DNA from: an uncultured virus (IMG/VR IMGVR_UViG_3300010342_000399)
Taxonomy: Duplodnaviria > Heunggongvirae > Uroviricota > Caudoviricetes
Virus record (IMG/VR): IMGVR_UViG_3300010342_000399
Reading direction: 5' to 3' (one strand)
DNA: 37,647 bases
Shown here: in pieces, positions 19,598 through 29,252 of the stretch
Layout of the letters: the number at the start of each line of letters is the position of its first letter
Position numbering within the stretch: position 1 is the first letter of the stretch
Made by a program: the position numbers and the translations under genes
The notes under the pieces: generated by a model
What the model saw: the letters and a program-made list of their open reading frames with translations, nothing else
The model's database searches: none
Told to the model about the DNA's origin: nothing

Positions 19598-20023
19598 CTA
19601 TTTTTTATTTTTATAAAAATTAAATAAGACTTTATCGGATAAATCAATATCAATTATATCTAAACAAAGATTATTTATAAATGATTTAATTTCTTTAGAC
19701 TTAATATCAAATAATTTTTGTGTATATAATGTTATTTCTAAATTTAAAAAGGATTTCTTACCTAATTTAATTCCATTTGTTCTAACATCTAGGTCTACAA
19801 TAGATTCTTTTTTAAAGTAATCTGTTTTTAAATTATATATTCTTGATTTAATTCGTCGCTTGACCTTTGACAGAAGTTCATTAAATTCATATCCATCATT
19901 TTCTGGCAGAATCCAAGAATTTAGTTTTATATAAATTGTTTTTAATTTTTTGTAATCTACGGTTCCATATCTAATTCGTACATTTCCATAATTTCCGAGA
20001 GTTATAGTCTTTCCAGTTTTCAT
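19598..20023 (-). CDS. Hypothetical basic protein
   Basis: 141 aa ORF, co-oriented within the head cluster. Confidence 0.75.
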   Translation of the reverse strand: MKTGKTITLGNYGNVRIRYGTVDYKKLKTIYIKLNSWILPENDGYEFNELLSKVKRRIKSRIYNLKTDYFKKESIVDLDVRTNGIKLGKKSFLNLEITLYTQKLFDIKSKEIKSFINNLCLDIIDIDLSDKVLFNFYKNKK

Positions 20024-20091
20024 TAAATTTTCTCATAATTTTATAATTTATGGTGAATATATAAAATATAAGAAAAAAATCTTTATATTCC

Positions 20092-20122
20092 AAAAAAAAA
20101 ACGGGATTAAATCCCGTTTTTT
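20092..20122. terminator. Intrinsic terminator, potentially bidirectional
   Basis: A-run, CGGGAT-TAA-ATCCCG, T-run; overlaps the stop codon at 20107. Confidence 0.7.
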
Positions 20123-20841
20123 AATTGTGTTAATTTATAATAATTAAATTTTGAGATATTCATTGTTGTCAATTCTTTTAATACATCATTAATTTTATTT
20201 TTAACTGATAAATCATTTTCTTCTTCTAGTAATTTATTCAATTTACTAACCATCTCTTCTTTTAATATTGTAAAATTATTTTCTATATCTTCATTTGATA
20301 AAGAAAGTATTTGACGAAGTTCTGATTTTTGATCTTCATTTAATATGTTATCATAAAACGCATTAAAATTATTTGATAAAACAGTTTGTAAAAGAGTTTC
20401 ATTTTTAATAATTGGAATATCCTGATCATTAATAATTTCTTTAGGTTTAATTAAATGTTCAATAATACTTAATTTAGCAATAATTTTTTTATCAACATTT
20501 TCGAGATTATCAGGTTCAGACAATATATCAAGATTTTCATAAACAATATTTTTTTCAATTGATTTATTTCCAATTAATTTATTAATCAATTTTATTTCTG
20601 GAATTACTTTACTATAATGTTCTTGTAAAAGTGGAATAATATGATTAACAAATGTTTTAGCATCTTCTTTATTTTCAATGTATTTATTTTCAATATGTTC
20701 ATAAAAAACATATAAATCTCTAAAGCTTTTATTTTTAGAAATTTCTTTAAGAAGTTTTTTGATTGTCTTTTTGTCATTATTAACATAAGATTCAATCATT
20801 GTTTCTAATATCTTACTTTTAATTGTTCCAAAATTGTTCAT
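20107..20841 (-). CDS. Helical hypothetical protein directly downstream of portal, probably prohead core
   Basis: 244 aa, starts 1 nt after the portal stop. Function inferred from position only. Confidence 0.6.
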   Translation of the reverse strand: MNNFGTIKSKILETMIESYVNNDKKTIKKLLKEISKNKSFRDLYVFYEHIENKYIENKEDAKTFVNHIIPLLQEHYSKVIPEIKLINKLIGNKSIEKNIVYENLDILSEPDNLENVDKKIIAKLSIIEHLIKPKEIINDQDIPIIKNETLLQTVLSNNFNAFYDNILNEDQKSELRQILSLSNEDIENNFTILKEEMVSKLNKLLEEENDLSVKNKINDVLKELTTMNISKFNYYKLTQLKNGI

Positions 20842-20842
20842 A

Positions 20843-23800
20843 TTATTGATTTAAAGTTTCTTTTATTGCTTTTTCTATTTCATAAATATTCTTTTGTGCT
20901 TTTTCAACATTAAATAAATCTGGCAAACTTGTTTCTTCATTTAACATTGATAATATTTTCTCTTTATTCGTATTAATTTTAGACTCACTTAATGGTGCGC
21001 CTAGTTCTGGCCCTGTGGGTGCTAGTGGTACTGCACTTATTGGCATAGTTTCGCCCATTCCAGGCATTAATGTACCACCGCCACCTAACCCACCAGATAA
21101 TCCAGATTGTTGATTACCACTCATTGATGCTTCTAAATTCTTTCTTTCTTCTTCTGGTATACCGTATTTCTTATCTACATCATCAAAAACACCTGAACGT
21201 TTTATAATCGATTGTGTATTTGTTAACTCAAATCCAATGGCTCGTTCAAGTCTTTGTTGCTGTAAATCAAGTATTACTTCATTATCACTCATACCAAGAA
21301 TATTCTTTTTAGCCCATGTATGTGAAACAGGAAGAATACCTATCTGTGATTGGTCTGATGTGGCATCTTTATACATTGTAATCTTTTCTTTCCAAGATTC
21401 TATTTTCAATAAATCAGATTGTCCAGATGGATTTGTTAATGATAATGTAAAATTGTTAAGTTCATCTTCTAATCCTAATATGAATAGATGAATTAATGCT
21501 ATTTTATTTAATTCTTGAATTAATGACATTTGAATTCTATTAATTGTTCTAGCAAAACGAATATCAAGTAATGCCAATCCTTTACCATTTCCAATAACAT
21601 CTTCAAATCCTAAAAATGCTTTTGGTATACGAAGAGCGGCTAGCATCTTTTTTTGTATATATTCAATATCAGCAATTTCACCTAAATTTTGTGCTCCCGG
21701 CAATGTTTCTATTGGGCTTGGTTGTGATGGGTCACGAACTGGAATAAAATAATCTTGATCAACTGCCATTTGATTATATCTCATGTCAACATTACCATTT
21801 TTTTGGTCTACTACTTGATCTCTTTTAAATTTATTCGCAATTCTTTGTACATAAGCTTCTATATCTTTATCATCCATATTGCCAACAAACACTTTGAAAA
21901 CTCTTCTTTCAGGAGCTCGTGACGTTCTATAAATTAACATAGCATCTTCAGCCAAAAGTAATTGTTTCCATATACGTCTGATTTTGTCCAACATTGAATT
22001 ATGTACAACGACACCATTAGCATAAAAATTATGATTATCATTTTCAACATAAATGTCATATGTTTCACATTCCCCAATTTTTTCAATAGATATAATTGGT
22101 TCAACAATAAAATCATTAGATATTCTATTAGATATATCATATTTCATTTTTTGTTGAATTTCGCTCTCACAAAAATAAAAATAATATGATTTTTTTTGAT
22201 TTTTAAATTTTCTGTCACCGATACATCCATTTTTAAGAATTCTAGTTGTTATTTTACCACTCTCCCATCCAAGTGATTGAACCAATAATTTAACATCTCT
22301 AATTAATCCCTCATTTGTTAATTCAATAGAATATCTGACGCAACCCCATTCATCAACATTTAGTGAACCATCCGAATCAATTAATCCATTTAAAACTGAT
22401 TTTCTAATTTCATGTGAAGATGAAAACACCCATTTAGGAATTCTTCTAGTGTATACACTACTTTGAAATTTTAATCTTTCTAATATTGTTTTTAACATTT
22501 TAGAATTACAAACACCTTGAGAGGTCTTATCGGTGCCACCATGAAGTTTTACTGTTTTATTCGAAAATTTTTCTAAATAATTAATATATTTTTCATTTAT
22601 AGTTTTATGAATACCCAAAGCAATATACACAGCGTTATTACTAATCCAACCATCGCCTAATAAAAACCCAAACAATTCCGCAAATTCTTTCGTAACAATA
22701 TCAGGTATACAGTTAATATCACGCCAATAACCATTTCTACAATTTTCTGGTTTAGTTTTATTTATGTATATGTCGTTGTTATTTGTGTTTTTAGGATTAA
22801 TAATTAATAAATCGCCAATTTTAAAATCTAATACGTTTTTATAATCAAAAGATTGTTGTTCTTTATTATAAAAAAGTATTCTGTGTTCTTCGGATACATC
22901 AATATAGTTATGCTTTGTGGATAGTTTATAACATAATTTAGTTCCCGATTTCACAGTATCTATGACTTTTGATAAACACCTAGTTTGAGATGTGATGTCA
23001 AAACTATAAACATTATCCCCAATTTTTATATCTTTTATTTCTTCATAACCGTTTTCTGTTTCTATATAAGTGTTTGATTTTAAACAAGTACCATAAGGAA
23101 GCTTTCTATCATCTCCAAGAATTCTAAAATGAGCAATTTCCCATGCTTGAAATTCCATGTCTTTATTTTTCCAAGTAAATCTTAATTCTCTAGTTGGAAA
23201 TCTACTTCCTACTCTATCACTTTGATTTGGTACAGATTGTCTTGCACCTTCGAGCCTTTCTACTTCAATATTTGGTAATTGTTGACATCCTATAACGCCT
23301 TTCTTATTATCAATTTTTAAGTAAACGAAATTATCACCATATTTACACATACCTCTAGTCCACATTGGTAAATTTGTATTCACATCTAATGTGTTATAAA
23401 ATAAATCTTCAAGTATATGTTGAATTCGTTTTGAATCTGAATGTATGGTTAATATTTGTCCTTTTTCAGATTTTGTTGTTGATTCTTCGGCATATATATC
23501 AAGAGCTGCAGAAATTTCGGGAGTATTATGTGAAAATATTGTATCTGTTGCGAAATTTTTATATCCGGGAACAGTTAAATCATAAACAGGTATAATTCCA
23601 TACGGTTCAATCGATTTAATCTTATGATTTAAAGCATATTTATCACCCTTAACTTTTGCCGTTGAATATTTAGATTTTTTTATGTTATATGCGTCACAAA
23701 ATGTTGACCAATCTTTATATCCCGACCACATTATCTCTCTTTGTAATTTTGTATGAGAAATACCTAAAGTTTTCGATGTACCTTTTAAAGTTTTACATAC

Positions 23801-24625
23801 TTTTGCCGTTTCAGTTATTAAATCAAAAGGAATATGAAAATACACAGGATTTTGCTCGCTCGATCTTCTACCGTTCCAAGAAATTTTTTTCGATGTTCGA
23901 GCGACAATTTTCATCTTTCCAACTTTTTTAATTTTTTGATCTAACAACCATTCTGCAATTAAATTATGCTCTGGAACCCATCCATGATGACCCTCTTTCG
24001 AATTACATGTATATACCCAATTATAATTTTGATTATTATAAAATGATTTTCTATAAAACGGCATCATGGAATCACCCTCTTTTAATTCTGAAATTCTTGC
24101 AAATGATCCGTCTCTTTTCATTAATCTATGCTCCCAAGTTCCAATAATGAAAGTATCGTCATCAAAAATAACCTTATAAGTCATTTCGTCCCTCGTATAA
24201 TGAGCATTTCTCGCTATAGCTGGAACAACTTTTTTTAGATTATGATCATAAGAATAAACGATAAATTCATTATTTACTCCTTTATCAGCAAGTTCTTTTA
24301 TTGATATCTTTCCATTGGGGGTAATGATCTGAGTATCACCACCTAAACAGAATTCCATACTTTCGAAATCATAATATGCTGATAATCTATTAGGTTCATA
24401 GTATACAGATTGATTATAAAGAGACATGTCAAGTTTTGACCATTTGTCTGCAATATATTGTGTTTGCTGAGCTTGTAACTTAGCTTTTTCAAACTCTTCT
24501 CGACTATCAGTTTTAAGAATTTCTTCTCTATTAAATTCGAATTGTGGTGGTTTTCTTAATTGACCTGCAAATCCAAATGTCTTAGTGAGTTTTTGATATA
24601 TCGTTAATCCTTGTTGTTTTGCCAT
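20843..24625 (-). CDS. Portal protein (T4 gp20-like) with two inteins; predicted spliced length 622 aa
   Basis: Extein motifs PEISAALDI, EDAMLIYR..RAPERRVF.V.VGNM, DYFIP.R, IETLPGAQNLGEIADIEY..KK...AL.IP. Confidence 0.95.
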   Translation of the reverse strand: MAKQQGLTIYQKLTKTFGFAGQLRKPPQFEFNREEILKTDSREEFEKAKLQAQQTQYIADKWSKLDMSLYNQSVYYEPNRLSAYYDFESMEFCLGGDTQIITPNGKISIKELADKGVNNEFIVYSYDHNLKKVVPAIARNAHYTRDEMTYKVIFDDDTFIIGTWEHRLMKRDGSFARISELKEGDSMMPFYRKSFYNNQNYNWVYTCNSKEGHHGWVPEHNLIAEWLLDQKIKKVGKMKIVARTSKKISWNGRRSSEQNPVYFHIPFDLITETAKVCKTLKGTSKTLGISHTKLQREIMWSGYKDWSTFCDAYNIKKSKYSTAKVKGDKYALNHKIKSIEPYGIIPVYDLTVPGYKNFATDTIFSHNTPEISAALDIYAEESTTKSEKGQILTIHSDSKRIQHILEDLFYNTLDVNTNLPMWTRGMCKYGDNFVYLKIDNKKGVIGCQQLPNIEVERLEGARQSVPNQSDRVGSRFPTRELRFTWKNKDMEFQAWEIAHFRILGDDRKLPYGTCLKSNTYIETENGYEEIKDIKIGDNVYSFDITSQTRCLSKVIDTVKSGTKLCYKLSTKHNYIDVSEEHRILFYNKEQQSFDYKNVLDFKIGDLLIINPKNTNNNDIYINKTKPENCRNGYWRDINCIPDIVTKEFAELFGFLLGDGWISNNAVYIALGIHKTINEKYINYLEKFSNKTVKLHGGTDKTSQGVCNSKMLKTILERLKFQSSVYTRRIPKWVFSSSHEIRKSVLNGLIDSDGSLNVDEWGCVRYSIELTNEGLIRDVKLLVQSLGWESGKITTRILKNGCIGDRKFKNQKKSYYFYFCESEIQQKMKYDISNRISNDFIVEPIISIEKIGECETYDIYVENDNHNFYANGVVVHNSMLDKIRRIWKQLLLAEDAMLIYRTSRAPERRVFKVFVGNMDDKDIEAYVQRIANKFKRDQVVDQKNGNVDMRYNQMAVDQDYFIPVRDPSQPSPIETLPGAQNLGEIADIEYIQKKMLAALRIPKAFLGFEDVIGNGKGLALLDIRFARTINRIQMSLIQELNKIALIHLFILGLEDELNNFTLSLTNPSGQSDLLKIESWKEKITMYKDATSDQSQIGILPVSHTWAKKNILGMSDNEVILDLQQQRLERAIGFELTNTQSIIKRSGVFDDVDKKYGIPEEERKNLEASMSGNQQSGLSGGLGGGGTLMPGMGETMPISAVPLAPTGPELGAPLSESKINTNKEKILSMLNEETSLPDLFNVEKAQKNIYEIEKAIKETLNQ
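21998..23086 (-). mobile_element. Portal intein 2 (363 aa, residues 514-876) with a LAGLIDADG homing endonuclease
   Basis: PYGT|CLKSNT start, VSEEHRI, LFGFLLGDGW and VLNGLIDSDGS motifs, TYDIYV...HNFYANGVVVHN|SML end. Confidence 0.93.
23525..24349 (-). mobile_element. Portal intein 1 (275 aa, residues 93-367) with a partial HNH-type/HTH insert
   Basis: MEF|CLGGDT start, block B GTWEHRLM, block F VYDLTVPGYKNF, end FSHN|TPEIS. Confidence 0.9.
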
Positions 24626-24675
24626 ACTAATAAATATTATCTATAATATAAAGATTTTTTTTATATTATTAAATA

Positions 24676-26475
24676 TTATTTGTTATGTTTTCCAAATAAC
24701 CATGAATACTGTTGATATAATTCTTTTTGTGGTCGTATTAAATCATTATATGGATAATCAAATATTGGATTTGGAATTGGTTTTCCACTTTCAGTATTTA
24801 TTGCACCTAAAGGATCAAATGCTTTTCCATACGAATATAAAGATTTATTTGGCTCATAGGTTCGTTCTGATAACATCCACGCATCTATCATTGCCTTATT
24901 TTGTGATTCATTTCTTATAAGTTTAGTAAAATTTACGTCGCCAGCAAACATTGCCATTGCAATAGACATAATAGAATCATCATGAGTACCTTTCATATGA
25001 TCTGGTTTACCGTTAATAAATACAAATGTATTCATTTCGTTAGTTAATCTAACAGATCTAATTAAAAACCCATGTCGTATTTGTTCTTCAAATGCGGCAA
25101 TAATTTGTGTTCTTTTATTATTAAAACTAATACCAGGTATTTTTTCCATCAATTTAGCGTCATATTCCCATATATTTTGTGTATTAATACCATCTATATA
25201 TAAATTCTTATATTGCATTTCTTGAAGCTTTCTTGAAGTTGCAATACCCATGCCACCAGTTATATCAACAACAATAAATGCTTGATATATTGTTCCCCAT
25301 TTATATGCTACTGACGCTAAATCATCTGGTGGTATTTTACCTATATATTCTAGAACTTGTTCTCTTTCGTCAAAATCAATTATATTAATTGCAGAATAAT
25401 CTTCACTATCTCCTCTTGATACATCAACTCCCATAATATATCTATGATTTTCAACAGGATCTTTCCATTGCCACATTTGACCCATCATATATTTTTCTTT
25501 TGGATTACGAACACTTTCTCTAAGTATTTTTTCAATTAATTCAGGTGGTATTATATTATCTCCGGATCCTAGAAAATCGGCATTTATTTCTTGATTAATT
25601 TTTCTTTTATCATACTTGAATTTTTTGGCCATATTCTCAAACCAAGGCGAATATGGTTTGTAACCATCTTGTATTAATTGTTCAAATTTAGATCGATCAT
25701 GTTCAATTAATGTAATTTCATCATCATTATATTCTTCTCTATTTAGCATATAATGAACAATATCATCGCATTTTATCCATTTTATATCTTTAGAATATCG
25801 TGGATCTTTATACCATTTTAATTCCGTTATATGAAAATTATTGGCCCCACGAACGGCTTGTTCATAAATTCCATAATATATCGGATCAAACCCATTTGGG
25901 GTTGATATAAGGATAACTTTACCGCCTGTAGAAAGAGATGCCATAGATGCTGCCCAAAAATCTTCACCAGCTTCTATATATGCAGCTTCGTCAAAAATTA
26001 GAATTGTTGGCGTATAACCACGAAGAGCGTCTTTTGATGTTGCAACAGCTTTAACTTCACATCCATTATTTAATCTAAATCTTTGTTCCGAATTTTTACT
26101 CTGAGAAAATCCAACATTAATCCATGGTGGCCATTGTTCAAGAAATACTCTAATTTTATTAGCCATTTCAACCGCAGTATCTCTTTTATTAGCAACAATC
26201 AAAACTTTTTCAGGTTTTTCTATTTTGGCTGTTTGTAATTTTTTTGAAATCCATGCAGCGGTTACAGTAGTTACTCCGGCCTGACGATACTTTCTAGTTA
26301 TATTTTCATTAAAATTTTCATAATCATTGATTAATTGTGTTTGGTCAGGAAATAAATCTAAAGGTACAAAACGAGATTGAGTATTATCATACGTTTGTAA
26401 ATACGTTTTCATCGCATATGGAGTATCTTTAATAATGCGAGCATATTCTTTAAGTTGTTCTATTTTACTGTTCAT
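24676..26475 (-). CDS. Terminase large subunit (T4 gp17-like); likely start ATG 26475 (MNSKIEQ)
   Basis: RKYRQAGVTT Walker A, LIFDEAA Walker B, ISTPNG coupling motif, GVDVSRG and HDDSIM RNase H-fold nuclease motifs. Confidence 0.95.
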   Translation of the reverse strand: MNSKIEQLKEYARIIKDTPYAMKTYLQTYDNTQSRFVPLDLFPDQTQLINDYENFNENITRKYRQAGVTTVTAAWISKKLQTAKIEKPEKVLIVANKRDTAVEMANKIRVFLEQWPPWINVGFSQSKNSEQRFRLNNGCEVKAVATSKDALRGYTPTILIFDEAAYIEAGEDFWAASMASLSTGGKVILISTPNGFDPIYYGIYEQAVRGANNFHITELKWYKDPRYSKDIKWIKCDDIVHYMLNREEYNDDEITLIEHDRSKFEQLIQDGYKPYSPWFENMAKKFKYDKRKINQEINADFLGSGDNIIPPELIEKILRESVRNPKEKYMMGQMWQWKDPVENHRYIMGVDVSRGDSEDYSAINIIDFDEREQVLEYIGKIPPDDLASVAYKWGTIYQAFIVVDITGGMGIATSRKLQEMQYKNLYIDGINTQNIWEYDAKLMEKIPGISFNNKRTQIIAAFEEQIRHGFLIRSVRLTNEMNTFVFINGKPDHMKGTHDDSIMSIAMAMFAGDVNFTKLIRNESQNKAMIDAWMLSERTYEPNKSLYSYGKAFDPLGAINTESGKPIPNPIFDYPYNDLIRPQKELYQQYSWLFGKHNK

Positions 26476-26491
26476 ATATATATATAAATAC

Positions 26492-26517
26492 AAAAAGTGA
26501 CTATTATAGTCACTTTT
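26492..26517. terminator. Intrinsic terminator abutting the candidate terminase promoter
   Basis: AAAAGTGACTA-TTA-TAGTCACTTTT inverted repeat; TATTTATA follows at 26490-26483 on the minus strand. Confidence 0.7.
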
Positions 26518-26545
26518 ATTTAATTATATCATTATATTACTCTTA

Positions 26546-28066
26546 TTATCTTTGTTTGCGATCTATCATTCTTTGGATTTTCATAGCTAAATCCCAATTT
26601 TGATCATCAATAGCTTTATTTAATTCAAAATTTAAAGCATTTAAACCCATTCCTGCTAGTGTTGCATTATCAATATCTTTAGATGATGATTCAGGTTTAG
26701 GTTCAGTTATGAGAGTATTAATTGGTTTTTCCACATTTACTGGTGGATTAATTGGTTCCTGTAATCCTTGTCGCTTGCGTTCATATCGTTTTTTTATTTT
26801 AAGAGCTCTCTCAAATATTTCTCTAAATTTACTTCTAGCTCTATAATTATCACGTTCATCTTCAGATATAACATCTCTTATTAATTCTAAAAATTGGGGT
26901 GCCGGAATTTGGTATAAAAGTACATAAAAGAATGGCTTAATTCCAAAATTTTCTTCCGCAAACATTTCATCTGGTAGTTGTTGTCTAATTCGTTTAACAA
27001 GACCCGGCCCAATTCGTAATGCCATTGCCTCATTTGGTAATGTTTCGGTCTGTCCTAAAACTTCTTTGGTTCTTTCAGAATTTTCACCATAGCCATATCC
27101 AAATTTACCGAGAGTTTCTTCAATACCTTTTATAATTTCATGACATAAAATTGGAAACAAAAGACCCTGTGCAGTAATTTTGAATTTATAAGTATCATTT
27201 TGTGAGGTTTCTTGGTTTACATTATTTTCATCATCATTGTCTTCATCATCATCAATTCCATTAGGCGCATTAACTTTTACCGAACTAATATTTTGTTTAC
27301 CTTCTATACCGATTCCCGTACTACTCATGGTTTGTACTAAATTGTCCATAGTAAAATAAAAATAATCATTTATGGCCATTAGTTTTAGATAATAATTATA
27401 AAGATTTGGATCTATGTCATTTAATTCTTGTTTTATTGATGGTTTCTGAAATATATAATGGCCTCTTTTTGATGATCCTTGTATAATCCCATTTATAATA
27501 TTTCTTTTATGAACTTCTAATTGAAAAAATGTTTCACTATCAAATCCAGTTTTTGTTCTTTCATCTTCACTACCGGGCTCTTGATATGGATTCTGTATAG
27601 GTAGTCTTGTTTTTGGCTTAAATTTAAATCCTTCTGAACTAATCAAACCGGGGGCATCTGTTAATGTTGCATCCACAATATAGTCTCCTTCATTGGTTTC
27701 AGTAGCATCAAAAGCGGCTTTAATCGCTAGTCTTTCCAATCTATCTTTATGTCTACGTTCTATTCTTTTTGCAGCACTAACTGCAGATAAAAATTCATTA
27801 TTTATTAATCTTTGTGCAACATTAGATGTGAGATTAGGCTGGTCAATAGCATTTCTTAACTTATCTACAACTTCCTTAAATCTTTCTGATGCAATTTTTT
27901 GAACATCTAATGTGCCACGAGGCATTGCCGGATTTCTTCCATATAAATTTTGTTCAGGATCACTAAGTCTTCTTTCTGTTCCAGGATCCATTCTTTCGGG
28001 ATAATCACCGTAATCGATTTGTTCCATAATTTTTTTACTTATGGATTTTATCTTTGTTTTGCTCAT
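26546..28066 (-). CDS. Hypothetical protein with a FPILCHEIIKG motif and a C-terminal UVR-like motif
   Basis: 506 aa; C-terminus LNFELNKAIDDQNWDLAMKIQRMI fits the UvrB/C (UVR) pattern L..A...E.YE.A..I...I. Confidence 0.65.
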   Translation of the reverse strand: MSKTKIKSISKKIMEQIDYGDYPERMDPGTERRLSDPEQNLYGRNPAMPRGTLDVQKIASERFKEVVDKLRNAIDQPNLTSNVAQRLINNEFLSAVSAAKRIERRHKDRLERLAIKAAFDATETNEGDYIVDATLTDAPGLISSEGFKFKPKTRLPIQNPYQEPGSEDERTKTGFDSETFFQLEVHKRNIINGIIQGSSKRGHYIFQKPSIKQELNDIDPNLYNYYLKLMAINDYFYFTMDNLVQTMSSTGIGIEGKQNISSVKVNAPNGIDDDEDNDDENNVNQETSQNDTYKFKITAQGLLFPILCHEIIKGIEETLGKFGYGYGENSERTKEVLGQTETLPNEAMALRIGPGLVKRIRQQLPDEMFAEENFGIKPFFYVLLYQIPAPQFLELIRDVISEDERDNYRARSKFREIFERALKIKKRYERKRQGLQEPINPPVNVEKPINTLITEPKPESSSKDIDNATLAGMGLNALNFELNKAIDDQNWDLAMKIQRMIDRKQR

Positions 28067-28848
28067 AATGATTTTTTTAATAAATCTATTATTTTATTTT
28101 TAGCAGTCTCTGCTGATATATATTTTTTTGTGTCTTTTTCAGCTTTTGGACCTGGATCAACATTGGGATGTGGGTCTCTAAAAGGGTCAATATCATCATC
28201 ATCTTCATCATAATCTGGCTCCACTACTGGATATATTTCAGGTTTAGTAGCTGGCACCGGTTCTTCTACCCATTGTTCATTTAATTTATTTTGAACTAAT
28301 TCAACAATTTCATTTTTAGATGTAACAAATTTATCTTCGATTAATTTATTAACCCAATTTTTTATTTCATTATTATTTTTTTGTTCATTTACATCTATTG
28401 AAAATTTTTTACTTATCTTTTTTTCACAATATTTTTTATATTTTTCGGGGATATCTTCTTTCATTCTTTGAAGTAATTCAAATTCACTTTTAATAGACTC
28501 ATCTTTTTTCATTTTACTATCCATTCTATGAAATATTTTTTTGAGAGTCAATTCTTTTTCTGTTGGTTCTTTTTTCTTTTCTGCTCCAAGTTTTTCTTGT
28601 TCCCTCATTTCGCCTTCATAAGTGACAAATGGTTTTCTTTGTTGTTTTAATTGTGCTTGAGTTTTTTGATCATATCTTGAAACATTCATTAATCCCTGTG
28701 GTTGTGATGTTGTTCCATATGTGGGTGTAGTTTGCTCAGAAAGAATTCTTTCTGCTAATATATGAAGCTGTTTATCAGTTAAATTAACTAATGTTTTTTG
28801 TGTAAAGCCTTCATTTATCAGTTTTGATATTATATCTTGCCTTTTCAT
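28063..28848 (-). CDS. Hypothetical protein with repeated [LIV]xEQ motifs and a Pro-rich segment
   Basis: 261 aa; ATGA overlaps with both neighbours. Confidence 0.75.
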   Translation of the reverse strand: MKRQDIISKLINEGFTQKTLVNLTDKQLHILAERILSEQTTPTYGTTSQPQGLMNVSRYDQKTQAQLKQQRKPFVTYEGEMREQEKLGAEKKKEPTEKELTLKKIFHRMDSKMKKDESIKSEFELLQRMKEDIPEKYKKYCEKKISKKFSIDVNEQKNNNEIKNWVNKLIEDKFVTSKNEIVELVQNKLNEQWVEEPVPATKPEIYPVVEPDYDEDDDDIDPFRDPHPNVDPGPKAEKDTKKYISAETAKNKIIDLLKKSL

Positions 28849-29252
28849 GAAAATTTATATTTAATTTCGTCATTTATTAACCTGAAACCTCTTGCCATTA
28901 ATTTTGCTGTTATAGTTTCCATGGTTTCACCAAAATGAAAAGAAACTCTTTCAGGTCTCTCAACAGAATCCATATCAAATTTTTCCCATCCTAATGCAAT
29001 AATACCATCAACAGCATCTATTACTCCAAAATAATCTGAATTTTGAATTAAATCTAGGTCTAAATCTGAATTTTTTAATAATCCAACTAAATCAATGAAC
29101 TTCAAATCTGGAGGAACAGACTTACTTGAAGATGGTATCATAAACCATTCATCGGGTATTATTTCTTCATCTTTACGTTTACTAAAAATGAATTCATATT
29201 GTTTTTGACCTTTATAGTCTTTTCCAAGTTCGTTAATATATACCAAATACAT
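28845..29252 (-). CDS. Hypothetical protein
   Basis: 135 aa, globular-looking, translationally coupled on both sides. Confidence 0.8.
   Translation of the reverse strand: MYLVYINELGKDYKGQKQYEFIFSKRKDEEIIPDEWFMIPSSSKSVPPDLKFIDLVGLLKNSDLDLDLIQNSDYFGVIDAVDGIIALGWEKFDMDSVERPERVSFHFGETMETITAKLMARGFRLINDEIKYKFS

Noticed and set aside
26476..26493. Terminase start at 26493 (MYLYIY...)
   Set aside because: This extension runs through the TATTTATA motif and the terminator tail; ATG 26475 is more plausible.
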